Assembly (NCBI GenBank): GCA_026416955.1 | Contig: JAOAEE010000065.1 | Coordinates: 14,471-78,470 of the forward strand | Length of the DNA: 64,000 bases | From: Ignavibacteria bacterium | Lineage (GTDB): Bacteria > Bacteroidota > Ignavibacteria > Kapaibacteriales > UBA2268 | Direction of reading: 5' to 3' | Shown here: positions 41,901 through 50,793 of the stretch, one piece after another | Layout of the letters: each line of letters opens with the position of its first letter | Position numbering within the stretch: the first letter of the stretch is position 1 | Notes under the pieces: model-generated | What the model was told of the DNA's origin: nothing | The model's input: only the letters and a program-made list of their open reading frames with translations | The model's database searches: none | Position numbers and translations under genes: made by a program

Positions 41901-42133
41901 TTGTTAGTAACGCAGTATACGACAGGGCATTTACCTATAATGGAATTGTAACACAAGATTTAATAAATGACCCAAAGAATGGATTTACCCAAGCAGACCT
42001 TGGTAAAATGATTGTAACTTTCTCTATCCCAAAAGATACCAAGACAAATCAACCAAGTAAGGATGCAATATTTTCCACAGCCGATTTAACTTCACGCTGG
42101 CAAATTCAAATTGGTATAAGATATTCATTCTAA
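38903..42133 (+). CDS. TonB-dependent outer-membrane receptor, Oar-like, with N-terminal carboxypeptidase-regulatory-like domain
   Basis: AFS|QGITTSSIVGTV...GLRPGGPY; ISLDAIEEFQVSIAPFDVRQG; ITRSGTN; YVQDEW; C-terminal WQIQIGIRYSF. Confidence 0.93.
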   Translation: MKQCFNYLTLILFLFPFLAFSQGITTSSIVGTVKDVDGKPLAGATVKAIHLPSGTITGTVVNPRGNFSIPGLRPGGPYKVEITMVGFRPESKEDIFLTVGQEFTVRFILQPRDIQTREIQVVSDRNDIISSNRTGASQTVTEVEISTLPTIARSIHDYSRLSPLVISSTSEGSNVASRNSKYNNIQVDGAALGDAFGLPTSGTPGGQAGTEPISLDAIEEFQVSIAPFDVRQGMFTGGLINAITRSGTNNLRGSIYFYGRNQELVGKSPTPDANNVRQPYPDFSDYFIGGRIGGPIIENKLFYFVNVETKNRKDPQRVGLAGDQGYTFNFNISRDTLEKIRQIAINKYGYDPGSYDLYTRKTNDIKLFLRADFNIDQNNRLTLRHNFVKADQGNAVTRSQFAFSFSGQEYIFNSMQNQTVLQLNSIIGTNMANELRLVYTAIRDKRDPVSKPFPAINLYDIGPKGEDVFFGVERFSQANALDQDIFELTDNFTYFLGDHTITIGTSNQLVGFNNLFLQDYYGTYSFTSIADFEAGKPSQYQLSYSLLPNEPKPRAKWNYLQLGFYVQDEWKVLPNLKLSLGLRADMFAFPEKPPQNDSLTKVFPDLRTDQMPSPIGFSPRLGFNFDVFNDKTFQIRGGIGVFSGKTPGVWISNQFSNTGTDIGRIDVRNPKITFEPDPFKQYTKIDSLTPVRTTEINITDKNLKMPQVLRFNLALDKELPYGFIGTIEFVYGKTLYDMVYKNLNRQILKASNGKDSTLPDGRPLYSRFDVSPLFTNVLLMTNTSQGYQTSITFQIQKPFGKGFLPEVNLNLAYTWSRAKDVNSLTSSRAISNWQYNRAIDPNNPELGTSLFEIPHRILANFSYRISYGKGFATSFGIFYEGRSGAPFSLAYSNDANGDRTPDRRATNDLVYIPLASNDKVMVLKGGNWNELNQFISWFPELDKQRGKIVERNSLRQPWFNQLDLRITQEFPTFRGQSLQLYVDVLNLLNLINSDWGHLKFVSNAVYDRAFTYNGIVTQDLINDPKNGFTQADLGKMIVTFSIPKDTKTNQPSKDAIFSTADLTSRWQIQIGIRYSF

Positions 42134-42141
42134 ATGATGTG

Positions 42142-42170
42142 AGGGGCACAAAAATTTGTGCCCCTTTTTT
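42142..42170 (+). terminator. Intrinsic terminator after the TonB receptor gene
   Basis: AGGGGCACAAA / TTTGTGCCCCT stem followed by a T-tract. Confidence 0.88.
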
Positions 42171-42191
42171 AATTATTTCATTTAATTTTAT

Positions 42192-42199
42192 TAATTTTG
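42192..42199 (+). promoter_or_regulatory. Bacteroidota-type -7 promoter box for tRNA-Phe
   Basis: TAATTTTG (matches TAnnTTTG), 11 nt upstream of the tRNA 5' end. Confidence 0.55.
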
Positions 42200-42210
42200 C
42201 AAATTGAATT

Positions 42211-42283
42211 GGCTAGGTAGCTCAGTTGGTAGAGCAGTGGACTGAAAATCCATGTGTCGGCGGTTCGATTCCGTCCCTAGCCA
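42211..42283 (+). tRNA. tRNA-Phe (GAA)
   Basis: Acceptor stem GGCTAGG/CCTAGCC, anticodon arm GTGGA-CTGAAAA-TCCAT, T-loop GGTTCGATTCC; CCA not encoded. Confidence 0.97.
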
Positions 42284-42408
42284 CAAAAAATGTTTCTCTC
42301 TAACCCTTTTAAATAAATAAGTTTATGAACTATTTATTTCTAAATTGTTTAGAAACTGATTTTTAGTTAATTTTACTTTTAATGTTTTGACAAATTCAAG
42401 AGAAATAA

Positions 42409-43539
42409 ATGGAAAATATACATAATTGCGAGAGTTCTGAGAACGATGATAAGGTTCCTCAGAATATCAAGAAGCGAAGTCCGTACTATTATCAAATATT
42501 ACGACAGAATTCATATAATCCACGCGGAGTAGAGACCAGGTTCTACAATATTGACTTTTTTGGGGACTTTGATGTTGGCGAAATTAAATACAATGGAGAG
42601 AAAAAAGTAATAGTGCCCGAACTTGTAGAGGTAATCTTTAAAGTTAAAAGAAAAAAAATCTACAAGAACACTCATAAACTTGCATTTTACAATTATGAAT
42701 ATGTTATTGTCGAAGTTGAAAATGGATTCGACATTGGAACCGTGATTTCAGTTGGCAAAGAAGCAGAAGAAAAATGGGAAAAGAATTATAAAAAAGAAGA
42801 AATCCACTTTTCGGTAGTTCGTTTTGCAACCGAAAAAGATATGTCCATTTTTGAGAAGAATAGAAAAGAAGAACCTCTTGTTGTCGAAACCACAAAAGAA
42901 TTGGCAAAAAAGCACAAACTGGATATTAAGGTTACCGATGCTGAATGGCAACTTGATAGGCAGAGGTTGACAATTTACTTTAGCGCCCCACAACGTGTTG
43001 ATTTCCGTGAACTTGTCAAAGACCTTGCAAAAATATACAAGACAAGGATTGAACTTCGTCAAATAAGTACTCGCGAGGAAGCCAGAAGAATTGGGGGTAT
43101 GGGTCCTTGTGGATTGCCACTTTGTTGTTCAACTTTTTCTTGTCAATCTTGTCATGTAACTCTTGAACACGCTCGAACTCAAAGACTTGCTAATAATGTT
43201 GCTAAACTTAGCGGTTATTGTGGAAGATTAAAGTGTTGTATTTTGTATGAACACGAAATTTATTTAGAGGAATACAAAAACTACCCTCCAATGTTTTCTG
43301 TTGTTGAACTTCAAGATGGAATTGCTAGGATTCACAAAATTGATATTTTCAACCATAGGGTGCATTTGCTTTTAGAAAATACTGGATATATTAGGATAGT
43401 TCCAAAATCCGAGATTGATAAATTAGTTGCGAATGGAAAAGTTCGACCTCCTGATAAAATTGTTGAAGAACAACTTTATGATGACGATAGGAACCTAAGT
43501 CCCGAAGATATTTCTATGCTTGAAGATGATATACTATGA
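42409..43539 (+). CDS. PSP1/RicT (YaaT-like) domain protein
   Basis: RVDFRELVKDLA, RIELRQI, GGMGPCGLPLCC, KLSGYCGRLKCC. Confidence 0.9.
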   Translation: MENIHNCESSENDDKVPQNIKKRSPYYYQILRQNSYNPRGVETRFYNIDFFGDFDVGEIKYNGEKKVIVPELVEVIFKVKRKKIYKNTHKLAFYNYEYVIVEVENGFDIGTVISVGKEAEEKWEKNYKKEEIHFSVVRFATEKDMSIFEKNRKEEPLVVETTKELAKKHKLDIKVTDAEWQLDRQRLTIYFSAPQRVDFRELVKDLAKIYKTRIELRQISTREEARRIGGMGPCGLPLCCSTFSCQSCHVTLEHARTQRLANNVAKLSGYCGRLKCCILYEHEIYLEEYKNYPPMFSVVELQDGIARIHKIDIFNHRVHLLLENTGYIRIVPKSEIDKLVANGKVRPPDKIVEEQLYDDDRNLSPEDISMLEDDIL

Positions 43540-43597
43540 ATTGATTATTCTATTTGACGATGTTTTTTTTGAATTTTCATAATAGTTCTTTTTTCAT

Positions 43598-43891
43598 ATG
43601 AAAGTACCAAAAAAGAAGTTTTCCTATTTCCTTTTTATCTACGGTACAATTGTTTTTATTTTGTCATTTTTGTTTAATTACTGGGCAAATGCAATAGTTA
43701 ATCCACAAGTTTTAAGTGCAAAACCTTATTTTCATATTATTACTTCACTGCCATTTGCATTCGAAATGTCTTTGTTTTTTTCTGGACTTTTGGTATTTAT
43801 TAGATTTGTATTAGTTACTCGTTACAATACTCAAAATTCTTATCTTTCCAATAATATATCTAAAAGTGAGCAAAATGAAAATTTATCATAA
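43598..43891 (+). CDS. Small two-TM membrane protein resembling the ActD (DUF3341) membrane core
   Basis: YWANAIVNPQVLSAKPYF...LPFAFEMSLFFS resembles the ActD pattern W..a.dyP.n.sGKP.f...iP..FE.t.Lf; lies directly upstream of an ActE-like cytochrome. Confidence 0.65.
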   Translation: MKVPKKKFSYFLFIYGTIVFILSFLFNYWANAIVNPQVLSAKPYFHIITSLPFAFEMSLFFSGLLVFIRFVLVTRYNTQNSYLSNNISKSEQNENLS

Positions 43892-43952
43892 TTTTTTTGC
43901 AAATAAGTTGATAATAGTAGTCATTCTAGTTTGGTTTATTAGTGTTATCTAA

Positions 43953-44546
43953 ATGTTAAAAAGGGTATATATTTGTTTCTTTATTTCGTTTTTAGGATTA
44001 ATTTGTTTATTTTTGCTTTGCGTAAATCTTGGGGTATTTCCTATTTACAAAAATTTTCATTTGCAAATAATACCAGATATGGATGACCAAAAAAAAATAT
44101 CCACTGATTTTTTGAGTAAATCTAAATTGCACCAAATTGAAAAATATCCTTTAAAAGATAATTTTCCATTATTTCCTATTTTTTACGAGTTCGAACCCCA
44201 GGAGTTTGCTGTTCCTGAAAGATTATTTCAGAACCCCTTGAAAAAGACTGAGTTGACTATTCTTCGCGGAAAAGTTCTTTACAACAGATTTTGTGTTCCG
44301 TGTCATAATGTAGATGGAAAAGGTAATGGTCCGATTGTAACCCAAGTTACTCTTAAAGAAGATGAAGAGGGCTTCCCTTCCCCAAAAGATTTGACAAGCG
44401 AAAATACAAGGAATAAATCTGACGGTCGTCTTTTTCATATATTATCGGCAGGACAAAACTTGATGTTTTCGTTTAACGATAAGTTGAGTGAAACTGATAA
44501 GTGGTGTATTGTGCATTATATAAGAATTTTGCAAAATGACAAATAA
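43953..44546 (+). CDS. Membrane-anchored monoheme cytochrome c, ActE-like
   Basis: N-terminal TM, IPDMDDQ, CVPCH heme motif, DGRLFHILSAGQNLM (Met ligand), WCIVHYIRILQ. Confidence 0.88.
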   Translation: MLKRVYICFFISFLGLICLFLLCVNLGVFPIYKNFHLQIIPDMDDQKKISTDFLSKSKLHQIEKYPLKDNFPLFPIFYEFEPQEFAVPERLFQNPLKKTELTILRGKVLYNRFCVPCHNVDGKGNGPIVTQVTLKEDEEGFPSPKDLTSENTRNKSDGRLFHILSAGQNLMFSFNDKLSETDKWCIVHYIRILQNDK

Positions 44547-44561
44547 ATTTTTGGAGGTAAT

Positions 44562-47500
44562 ATGAAAAAATCTTTTATTATCCTTATTTTTTTAACTTTT
44601 TTTTCATCGATTGTATATTCACAACCGAATCCTACTGTTAGGTTTTATTTCAATGGAAATGACATAACTTCTGTTGTTCCAGTATTTGGAAACACAATTT
44701 TTTTGATAGGTTCAAAAGAAGCTGGGCTTGGGGTTTATAACTTGGATTCGATGAAATATATTGGTATAATTCAAAAACCTTATGCACCTATCCCAAGCCA
44801 CAACATAAGGGCAATTAGGAAATATTCTCTCGATACACTTTGGATTTGCACCGACAGAGGTTTAATTCGCTTACGTGGAAACCAATATTTGATTTTCGAC
44901 AACCAGAACTCACCGTTGCCTTCCAATATTGTGAACGACATTTTTGTGGACGCATTAGGTATTTGGTGGATTGCTACAGACCAAGGTCTTGTTTCGAAAA
45001 ACGACACAGTGTGGACTATTTACAATACCACTAACTCGAATATCCCAAGCAATTATATTTCAAGTGTTAAGGTCGACAGGGTTGGTAATGTTTGGGTTAC
45101 AACACCCAATGGGTTAGGTATGTTCGATAGAAGTAACTGGTATGTTTTTGACACTAATAATTCTGGAATTCCTAATAATAATATTACATTTATTGAGTTT
45201 GATAATGTTCTCAATTCTAAATGGATTGGAACACACGGTGGGTTGGTACATTGGATCGGAAATAACTTTTTTGTGTATGATACAAGCAATTCCTCGATAC
45301 CAAGCAATATTGTTACATCTTTTGCATTCGATACATCCAGAAATAGATGGATTGGTACCGATAAAGGATTGGCTTTTGTCTCGCAACAAGGTTGGAGAAT
45401 CTACACCAAAAGCAATTCTAATCTTTCGGACAATTACATTAACTCTATATTTGTTGATACAAGGAATAGGAAGTTCATTGCAACTCGTAATGGGTTGACT
45501 ATTATCAACGACACCAACTTTCTTGTTCTGAAATTTGAAAATTCGAAACTTCCTACAAATAGAGTTCAAAAAGTGGTGGAAGGGATAGACCTAACTAAAT
45601 GGATAATTACAAACGAAGGTTTAGTTTCCTTTGATAGTAACAACTGGTCGGTCTATAATAGCACAAATTCTCCAATTAAACATTTTATCAATGATATTGC
45701 AGTTGATAATGAAAATAGTCTTTGGGTTGCAACTGATTCTGGTTTAATTGTTCGAAAAAATAATCTTTGGTTAGGCTACTATCGAGATAACTCTGGTATA
45801 CCAAGCAATTTCATTACAAGAGTTTTGCCAACCACAAGAGGAATTTGGATTGGTACAGATTCTGGCTTAGTTCTCTTCAAAGATGGAGTCTGGATACGCT
45901 ATGATACCTTATTTAGAGGTAAACTTGATAGTAAAATAAGTGCTTTAAGTTCAAAATGGATAAGACAAAGCTCGGGGAATTTCGAAAAAATATTTGTAGG
46001 CCTTTCAAGAAAAGGAATAGCAATATTTGACAAAGATACAATTCTATTTATTGATGAAAATAATTCCCCATTACTTGGTGTATACATTACTGATGTAAAA
46101 GAGGATGTGTTAGGACGATTACTCGTTGGGACACTCGAACAAGGTTTGTTTACTTTCGATTCAATATGGACAGCACATAATCCAACAACTAACGACTTTC
46201 CAGATTATTATGTCAAACATATTACTTTCGATAAAAAGAACAAACCTTGGATAACTACTCAAATTGGAGGAATTTGGGTTGGTATAAATGATACAACTGC
46301 AATAGTAATAACTGAGAAAAATTATCCTTTTTACTCGAACCAGTTTAATTCTGTTTTTGTAGACTTATCTAATAATATTTGGATTTCTACAAATTTTGGA
46401 CTTTATGTATACAATAAAGATACAATAAAGCCAGAATTAAAGCTTAAGCATTATAATTTTGAAATTTGCCAAGGGAATACATTTCCATTGGATTTCTATA
46501 CATTTTATCCATTTGAACCAAATAATAGATTTGTTGTTGAATTAAGTGATACTTTGGGTAATTTCGATACCACTTTTATCATTGGTTCAATTTTATCAAG
46601 AACCAGCAGAACTATTTTGTGTTATATACCTAATTCAATTCCAGCAAGTAGAAAATATCAATTAAGGATTGTTTCGACAAATCCGCCAATTGTATCTGAA
46701 CCTTCAGGTTACTTCGATACATTAATTGTAAATCCTTTACCAAAACCAAAAATAATAGGGGATTCAATTATTTGTTCGAGAGGTGTTGTAAAACTGCTTG
46801 CTCTTCGTCAAGGAGTAGGTTCAAACTTATGGTCCTTTATTTGGAATGTAGAAGGGGGTATTTTGTTGTCACCACCAACAAACGATACAGTGCTTGTTAG
46901 GTTCGATACAGTTGTAGTTGGAAAGGTTAAATTAATTGTGTTTACTGATAGGGGATGTAGCGATTCAATTATAAAAGAAATATATGTGTCCACACCACCT
47001 GGGAAAACGTTGCTGGGTCAAAATCGGGTTTGTTCTGGTGATGCTTTTATCTATTCAACCACTGATTCTTCGAATATTAAAAACTATTGGTCTGTTGTAA
47101 ATGGTACACTCGAAAAGAAGCTTGCTGATAATGTTGTAGTTGTTCGTTGGGGAAACCAAACACCCGGTTTTGTTATTCTTAAAAGGGTTAATCAATATGG
47201 TTGCACCGATTCTGTCAGATTTAGAGTTGATATCTTTCGCACTCCGAGCGCTTCGATATCTGGGAGAAAAGAGGTAATGGTCGAAGATGTTGTGCGTTAC
47301 ACAACTTCGAGGTTCAATCCTAATGTTGTAAACAAATGGAGTGTGGTAAACGGATTAATAATTGGTAGAGACAACGGGGATACAGTTACAATTGGTTGGC
47401 CCTCTGGTGGAATTGGCAAGGTAAAATTAGTTCAAAGAACTCCTGCCGGTTGCTCAGATTCAACTGAATTAATGGTTAGGGTCTTTGAGCGAGTAAGTAT

Positions 47501-48200
47501 TTTCGGGGACACTCTTGTTTGTGAAAATTCCGACACATACTTCGAGGCAATTTCTAATCTTGGGGCTAATAATCAATGGTATGTTTCGGGTGGTACATTT
47601 ACATCAAACTCTCAAAACCGTAGAGTATGGGTTAAGTGGGGTAAGTCGGGAATTGGATTTATAAAACTTGTACAATGGTTCCCCGGAACATTTTTCAAAG
47701 ACACAATTGTATGGATGATAAGAATTGCATCTGTCCCTCCTAAACCATTTATTGTTGATAGCGGTGGTTATTTATATTCCAGCGCACCTTATGGGAATCA
47801 ATGGTATTTTAATGGGCAAATAATGTTTGGTGATACTAATAGAACAATTGTACCATTACGAACTGGTTATTACACTGTGAAAGTGAAGTCGGCTCCTGGT
47901 TGCGAAAGCGAGATGTCCGACCCAATCTATTTCATAAGTGGTGTTGAAGAAGAAAATAATGGAATTAGCATTTATCCTAATCCATCAAATGGGTATTTAT
48001 TTGTAAACTTGTCTCAAGAATTAAATCTGCAATATGTCTTGGTAAGAGATATTTTGGGTAATGAATTAATTAGAATACCTGGAAACAAATTACTTAGCGA
48101 AAGTGTAATTAATTTGTCTGAACTTTCTAATGGTACTTACTTTATTGCATTCAAAGTAGGAATATACGAAGTAGTGAAGAGAATTGTATTGTTGAAGTAA
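44562..48200 (+). CDS. Large secreted beta-propeller (Reg_prop-type repeats) plus Ig/PKD-like repeat protein with T9SS C-terminal domain
   Basis: Signal peptide VYS|Q; many NSxIPSN...WIxTxxGL repeats; WxVxxG repeats; CTD IYPNP...DILGN...SNGTYF. Confidence 0.9.
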   Translation: MKKSFIILIFLTFFSSIVYSQPNPTVRFYFNGNDITSVVPVFGNTIFLIGSKEAGLGVYNLDSMKYIGIIQKPYAPIPSHNIRAIRKYSLDTLWICTDRGLIRLRGNQYLIFDNQNSPLPSNIVNDIFVDALGIWWIATDQGLVSKNDTVWTIYNTTNSNIPSNYISSVKVDRVGNVWVTTPNGLGMFDRSNWYVFDTNNSGIPNNNITFIEFDNVLNSKWIGTHGGLVHWIGNNFFVYDTSNSSIPSNIVTSFAFDTSRNRWIGTDKGLAFVSQQGWRIYTKSNSNLSDNYINSIFVDTRNRKFIATRNGLTIINDTNFLVLKFENSKLPTNRVQKVVEGIDLTKWIITNEGLVSFDSNNWSVYNSTNSPIKHFINDIAVDNENSLWVATDSGLIVRKNNLWLGYYRDNSGIPSNFITRVLPTTRGIWIGTDSGLVLFKDGVWIRYDTLFRGKLDSKISALSSKWIRQSSGNFEKIFVGLSRKGIAIFDKDTILFIDENNSPLLGVYITDVKEDVLGRLLVGTLEQGLFTFDSIWTAHNPTTNDFPDYYVKHITFDKKNKPWITTQIGGIWVGINDTTAIVITEKNYPFYSNQFNSVFVDLSNNIWISTNFGLYVYNKDTIKPELKLKHYNFEICQGNTFPLDFYTFYPFEPNNRFVVELSDTLGNFDTTFIIGSILSRTSRTILCYIPNSIPASRKYQLRIVSTNPPIVSEPSGYFDTLIVNPLPKPKIIGDSIICSRGVVKLLALRQGVGSNLWSFIWNVEGGILLSPPTNDTVLVRFDTVVVGKVKLIVFTDRGCSDSIIKEIYVSTPPGKTLLGQNRVCSGDAFIYSTTDSSNIKNYWSVVNGTLEKKLADNVVVVRWGNQTPGFVILKRVNQYGCTDSVRFRVDIFRTPSASISGRKEVMVEDVVRYTTSRFNPNVVNKWSVVNGLIIGRDNGDTVTIGWPSGGIGKVKLVQRTPAGCSDSTELMVRVFERVSIFGDTLVCENSDTYFEAISNLGANNQWYVSGGTFTSNSQNRRVWVKWGKSGIGFIKLVQWFPGTFFKDTIVWMIRIASVPPKPFIVDSGGYLYSSAPYGNQWYFNGQIMFGDTNRTIVPLRTGYYTVKVKSAPGCESEMSDPIYFISGVEEENNGISIYPNPSNGYLFVNLSQELNLQYVLVRDILGNELIRIPGNKLLSESVINLSELSNGTYFIAFKVGIYEVVKRIVLLK

Positions 48201-48241
48201 GTAGTGTTTGTTTGAGAGGAAATTAATAATTTTGAATTTTC

Positions 48242-48328
48242 GGAGAGTTGCCGGAGTGGTCGAACGGGGCGGTCTCGAAAACCGTTGAAGGAGCAATCCT
48301 TCCGGGGGTTCGAATCCCTCACTCTCCG
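48242..48328 (+). tRNA. tRNA-Ser (CGA)
   Basis: Acceptor stem GGAGAGT/ACTCTCC, anticodon loop CTCGAAA, long variable arm, GGTTCGAATCC. Confidence 0.96.
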
Positions 48329-48331
48329 CTT

Positions 48332-48416
48332 GCCCGGATGGCGGAACTGGTAGACGCGCTGCGTTCAGGACGCAGTGGCCTTCTTGGCCGTGCAGGTTCG
48401 ATTCCTGTTCCGGGCA
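48332..48416 (+). tRNA. tRNA-Leu (CAG)
   Basis: Acceptor stem GCCCGGA/TCCGGGC, anticodon arm CTGCG-TTCAGGA-CGCAG, variable arm, GGTTCGATTCC. Confidence 0.96.
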
Positions 48417-48526
48417 CTATATATTAAATCAAAATTTTTTGCTGTAAATTTATATTTATTTTGTTTAATACTTTGTTTGATTAGGTTTTATCTCAAAAGA
48501 TATACACTTAGTACTCTGGTTTAAAG

Positions 48527-49900
48527 CTATTTAATATTACCTCTTGCAAGTGATGCAATAATACCAATTGCACAAAATATCGAAAAGCCTAATAAAATTG
48601 AGTTTGCTAGAGAAATAAACTTTGGAAAAAGGTGGGCTGCAAACTTAGTACCTCCAAGGTGGATAGCAAAAAACATAGTTACAATTCCAATGCTTAATGT
48701 TTGACCAACAAGACGCATAGTTCCAACTGCAGCAGATGCTACTCCGTAGTGCCTTTTTTCGACTGAACTCATTATAGCATTCGTATTTGGGGAAGAAAAA
48801 AATGCAAAACCTAAGCCTAAAGAAATTTGGGCAATAATAACATATTGTAGTGGTGTATGAAAATTTATAAATGAGAGAAGAAACAAACCAACAGCAGTAA
48901 GAAACATTCCAAATGAAGCAACATATCGAGGTTCTATCTTATCAGATAATCTTCCAGCAAAAGACGAAAAAATTGCTTGTGTAACTGGTTGAATTGCAAG
49001 GATGAAGCCGGCAGTTTGTGGGGTGAAGCCTTTGATGTATTGTAAATATAAACTTAATAGGAAACCCACTGCAAAAGTTGCACTATAGTTTATTAATGCA
49101 GAAATATTTGAAAATGTAAAAGTAATATTTTTTAAAAAGATGTTAACTGGAATAATTGGGTATTTTGTTTTATTTTCGAATACTAAAAAGACAACTAAAA
49201 TAACAATTGATACTACTAACGAAATTTTGCCAAAATGAGATTGAATTCTTGTAAAACCAAGCATCAAAGAGGATAGACCAAGAATGTAAAGTAATGAACC
49301 AGTCCAATCGAATTTTTCCCCTTTTGAATCCGCCCATTCAGTATCTTTAAGTTTTATTTGGACTAAATAGGCAATGAATATACCTATTGGTAAATTTAAT
49401 ACAAATATACTATGCCAACCGAAATGGTAAGTAAGAATACCTCCAAATGCTGGTCCAAAGGTTAAACCGAAATAAACGGCCGAGACAGAATAACCCATTG
49501 CTTTGCCGCGCTCACCGGGTTGAAAAACTGATGTGATTATTGCTGTGCTTGTAGAAAAAATCATAGCAGCACCAACACCTTGAAATATTCTTAATAATAT
49601 CAATATGTAAATATTTGGAGAAAAAGCGCAAAGAAAGGAAAAAAATGTAAAAAAAACCAAACCCCAAAGAAAAGTTTTTTTCCTTCCTATGATATCGGAA
49701 AGTCTTCCAAATGGCAATAAAATTGATGCAGTTGCAAGCAAATACGAAGAGGATATCCAAGCAAGACTTACTGCGTCTATGTGAAAATCCTTTTGAATTG
49801 AAGGCAGAGCAACATTAACAGAACTGCCCAAAAATGCAGTTAAGAAAGATGTAATTACCGAAACTAACAGAACAGCATTTTTTATTTCGTTTTTTTCCAT
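48527..49900 (-). CDS. MFS multidrug efflux transporter (DHA2/EmrB-QacA-like)
   Basis: VNVALPSI, GRLSDIIGRKK, RIFQGVG, GPAFGG; about 14 hydrophobic segments. Confidence 0.92.
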   Translation of the reverse strand: MEKNEIKNAVLLVSVITSFLTAFLGSSVNVALPSIQKDFHIDAVSLAWISSSYLLATASILLPFGRLSDIIGRKKTFLWGLVFFTFFSFLCAFSPNIYILILLRIFQGVGAAMIFSTSTAIITSVFQPGERGKAMGYSVSAVYFGLTFGPAFGGILTYHFGWHSIFVLNLPIGIFIAYLVQIKLKDTEWADSKGEKFDWTGSLLYILGLSSLMLGFTRIQSHFGKISLVVSIVILVVFLVFENKTKYPIIPVNIFLKNITFTFSNISALINYSATFAVGFLLSLYLQYIKGFTPQTAGFILAIQPVTQAIFSSFAGRLSDKIEPRYVASFGMFLTAVGLFLLSFINFHTPLQYVIIAQISLGLGFAFFSSPNTNAIMSSVEKRHYGVASAAVGTMRLVGQTLSIGIVTMFFAIHLGGTKFAAHLFPKFISLANSILLGFSIFCAIGIIASLARGNIK

Positions 49901-49916
49901 ATAGTTTCAAAAAAAG

Positions 49917-50786
49917 TTATATGACGCTTTGGGGTCTTTTTTTAATGTAACCACCGATAGTATCTTTTACTTTATGCATTACAACGAAGGCCTTAGGGTC
50001 GATTTTGTTTATTTCTACAGTTAATTTTGGAAGTTCAAGTCTGGTGAGTACAGTATATAAAATATCGATATCGGATTGAGGTTCTTTTTCGCTCAGTCCT
50101 TTCCTTCCTTTAAAAATTGTAGCTCCCCTTCCCAAATTGAATAAGATTGCTTTGCGTAATTCCTCAGGATGTTCTGAAACAATAATTACTGCTATATATT
50201 CTTCGATACCTTCGATTATATAGTCAGTAGTTTTTGAAGCAGAAAGATAAGTTAATATTGAATAAAATGCTACTTCTATCCCAAGAAACAATGCAACAAT
50301 TGAGAAAATGATTATGTTAATTGCAAGAATAATATCACCAACAGTTGTATGTAGTTTTCGGCTTAGGAAAACGGCAAGTATCTCGGTTCCATCAATTACC
50401 CCGCCACCACGAATGGCAAAAGCAATACCAGCACCAAGAAAGAACCCCCCAAAGATGGCAACAAGTAACCGATCGTAAGTAAGAATTGGAAAAGGAATTA
50501 TTGCAAGAGCAAGAGACAGCCCCAAAATTCCAAATATTGCTCGTATGGCAAGTTCTTTCGATAAATTGTAAAAGGCTAAGATTATAAATGGCATATTGAA
50601 AATAATAACGAAGATGGAGATTGGTATAGAGGAAAGAACAGAAGTGAGCATTGAAAGGCCCGTAACTCCACCGTCGATAAATTTGTTTGGTAGGAGGAAA
50701 GATTTAAGACCAAAAGTAGCGGATAATATTCCAAGAATTAAAAATAGGATTTTTTTAAATTGGTTTAAGATTTCCTTTACTTTCAA
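49917..50786 (-). CDS. YitT family membrane protein
   Basis: FLLPNKFIDGGVTG, GGVIDGTEIL, RGATIFKG, IDPKAFV. Confidence 0.9.
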   Translation of the reverse strand: MKVKEILNQFKKILFLILGILSATFGLKSFLLPNKFIDGGVTGLSMLTSVLSSIPISIFVIIFNMPFIILAFYNLSKELAIRAIFGILGLSLALAIIPFPILTYDRLLVAIFGGFFLGAGIAFAIRGGGVIDGTEILAVFLSRKLHTTVGDIILAINIIIFSIVALFLGIEVAFYSILTYLSASKTTDYIIEGIEEYIAVIIVSEHPEELRKAILFNLGRGATIFKGRKGLSEKEPQSDIDILYTVLTRLELPKLTVEINKIDPKAFVVMHKVKDTIGGYIKKRPQSVI

Positions 50787-50793
50787 TTTGCTT

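Noticed and set aside
42310-42356. AT-rich hairpins after tRNA-Phe
   Set aside because: The stems are almost all A/T and expected by chance; too weak to call a terminator or ncRNA.
44800-46450. Periodic repeats that might be a CRISPR array or tandem DNA repeat
   Set aside because: The repetition is at protein level (propeller blades) inside an intact ORF; there are no identical DNA repeats with spacers.
48090-48322. Short minus-strand ORFs (MRDSNPRK...)
   Set aside because: They are the reverse complement of tRNA-Ser and the end of the preceding gene.
42211-48416. Possible genomic island bounded by tRNA-Phe and tRNA-Ser/Leu
   Set aside because: No integrase, no duplicated tRNA 3' end seen, composition looks like the flanks, and the segment carries a core-type gene (ricT).
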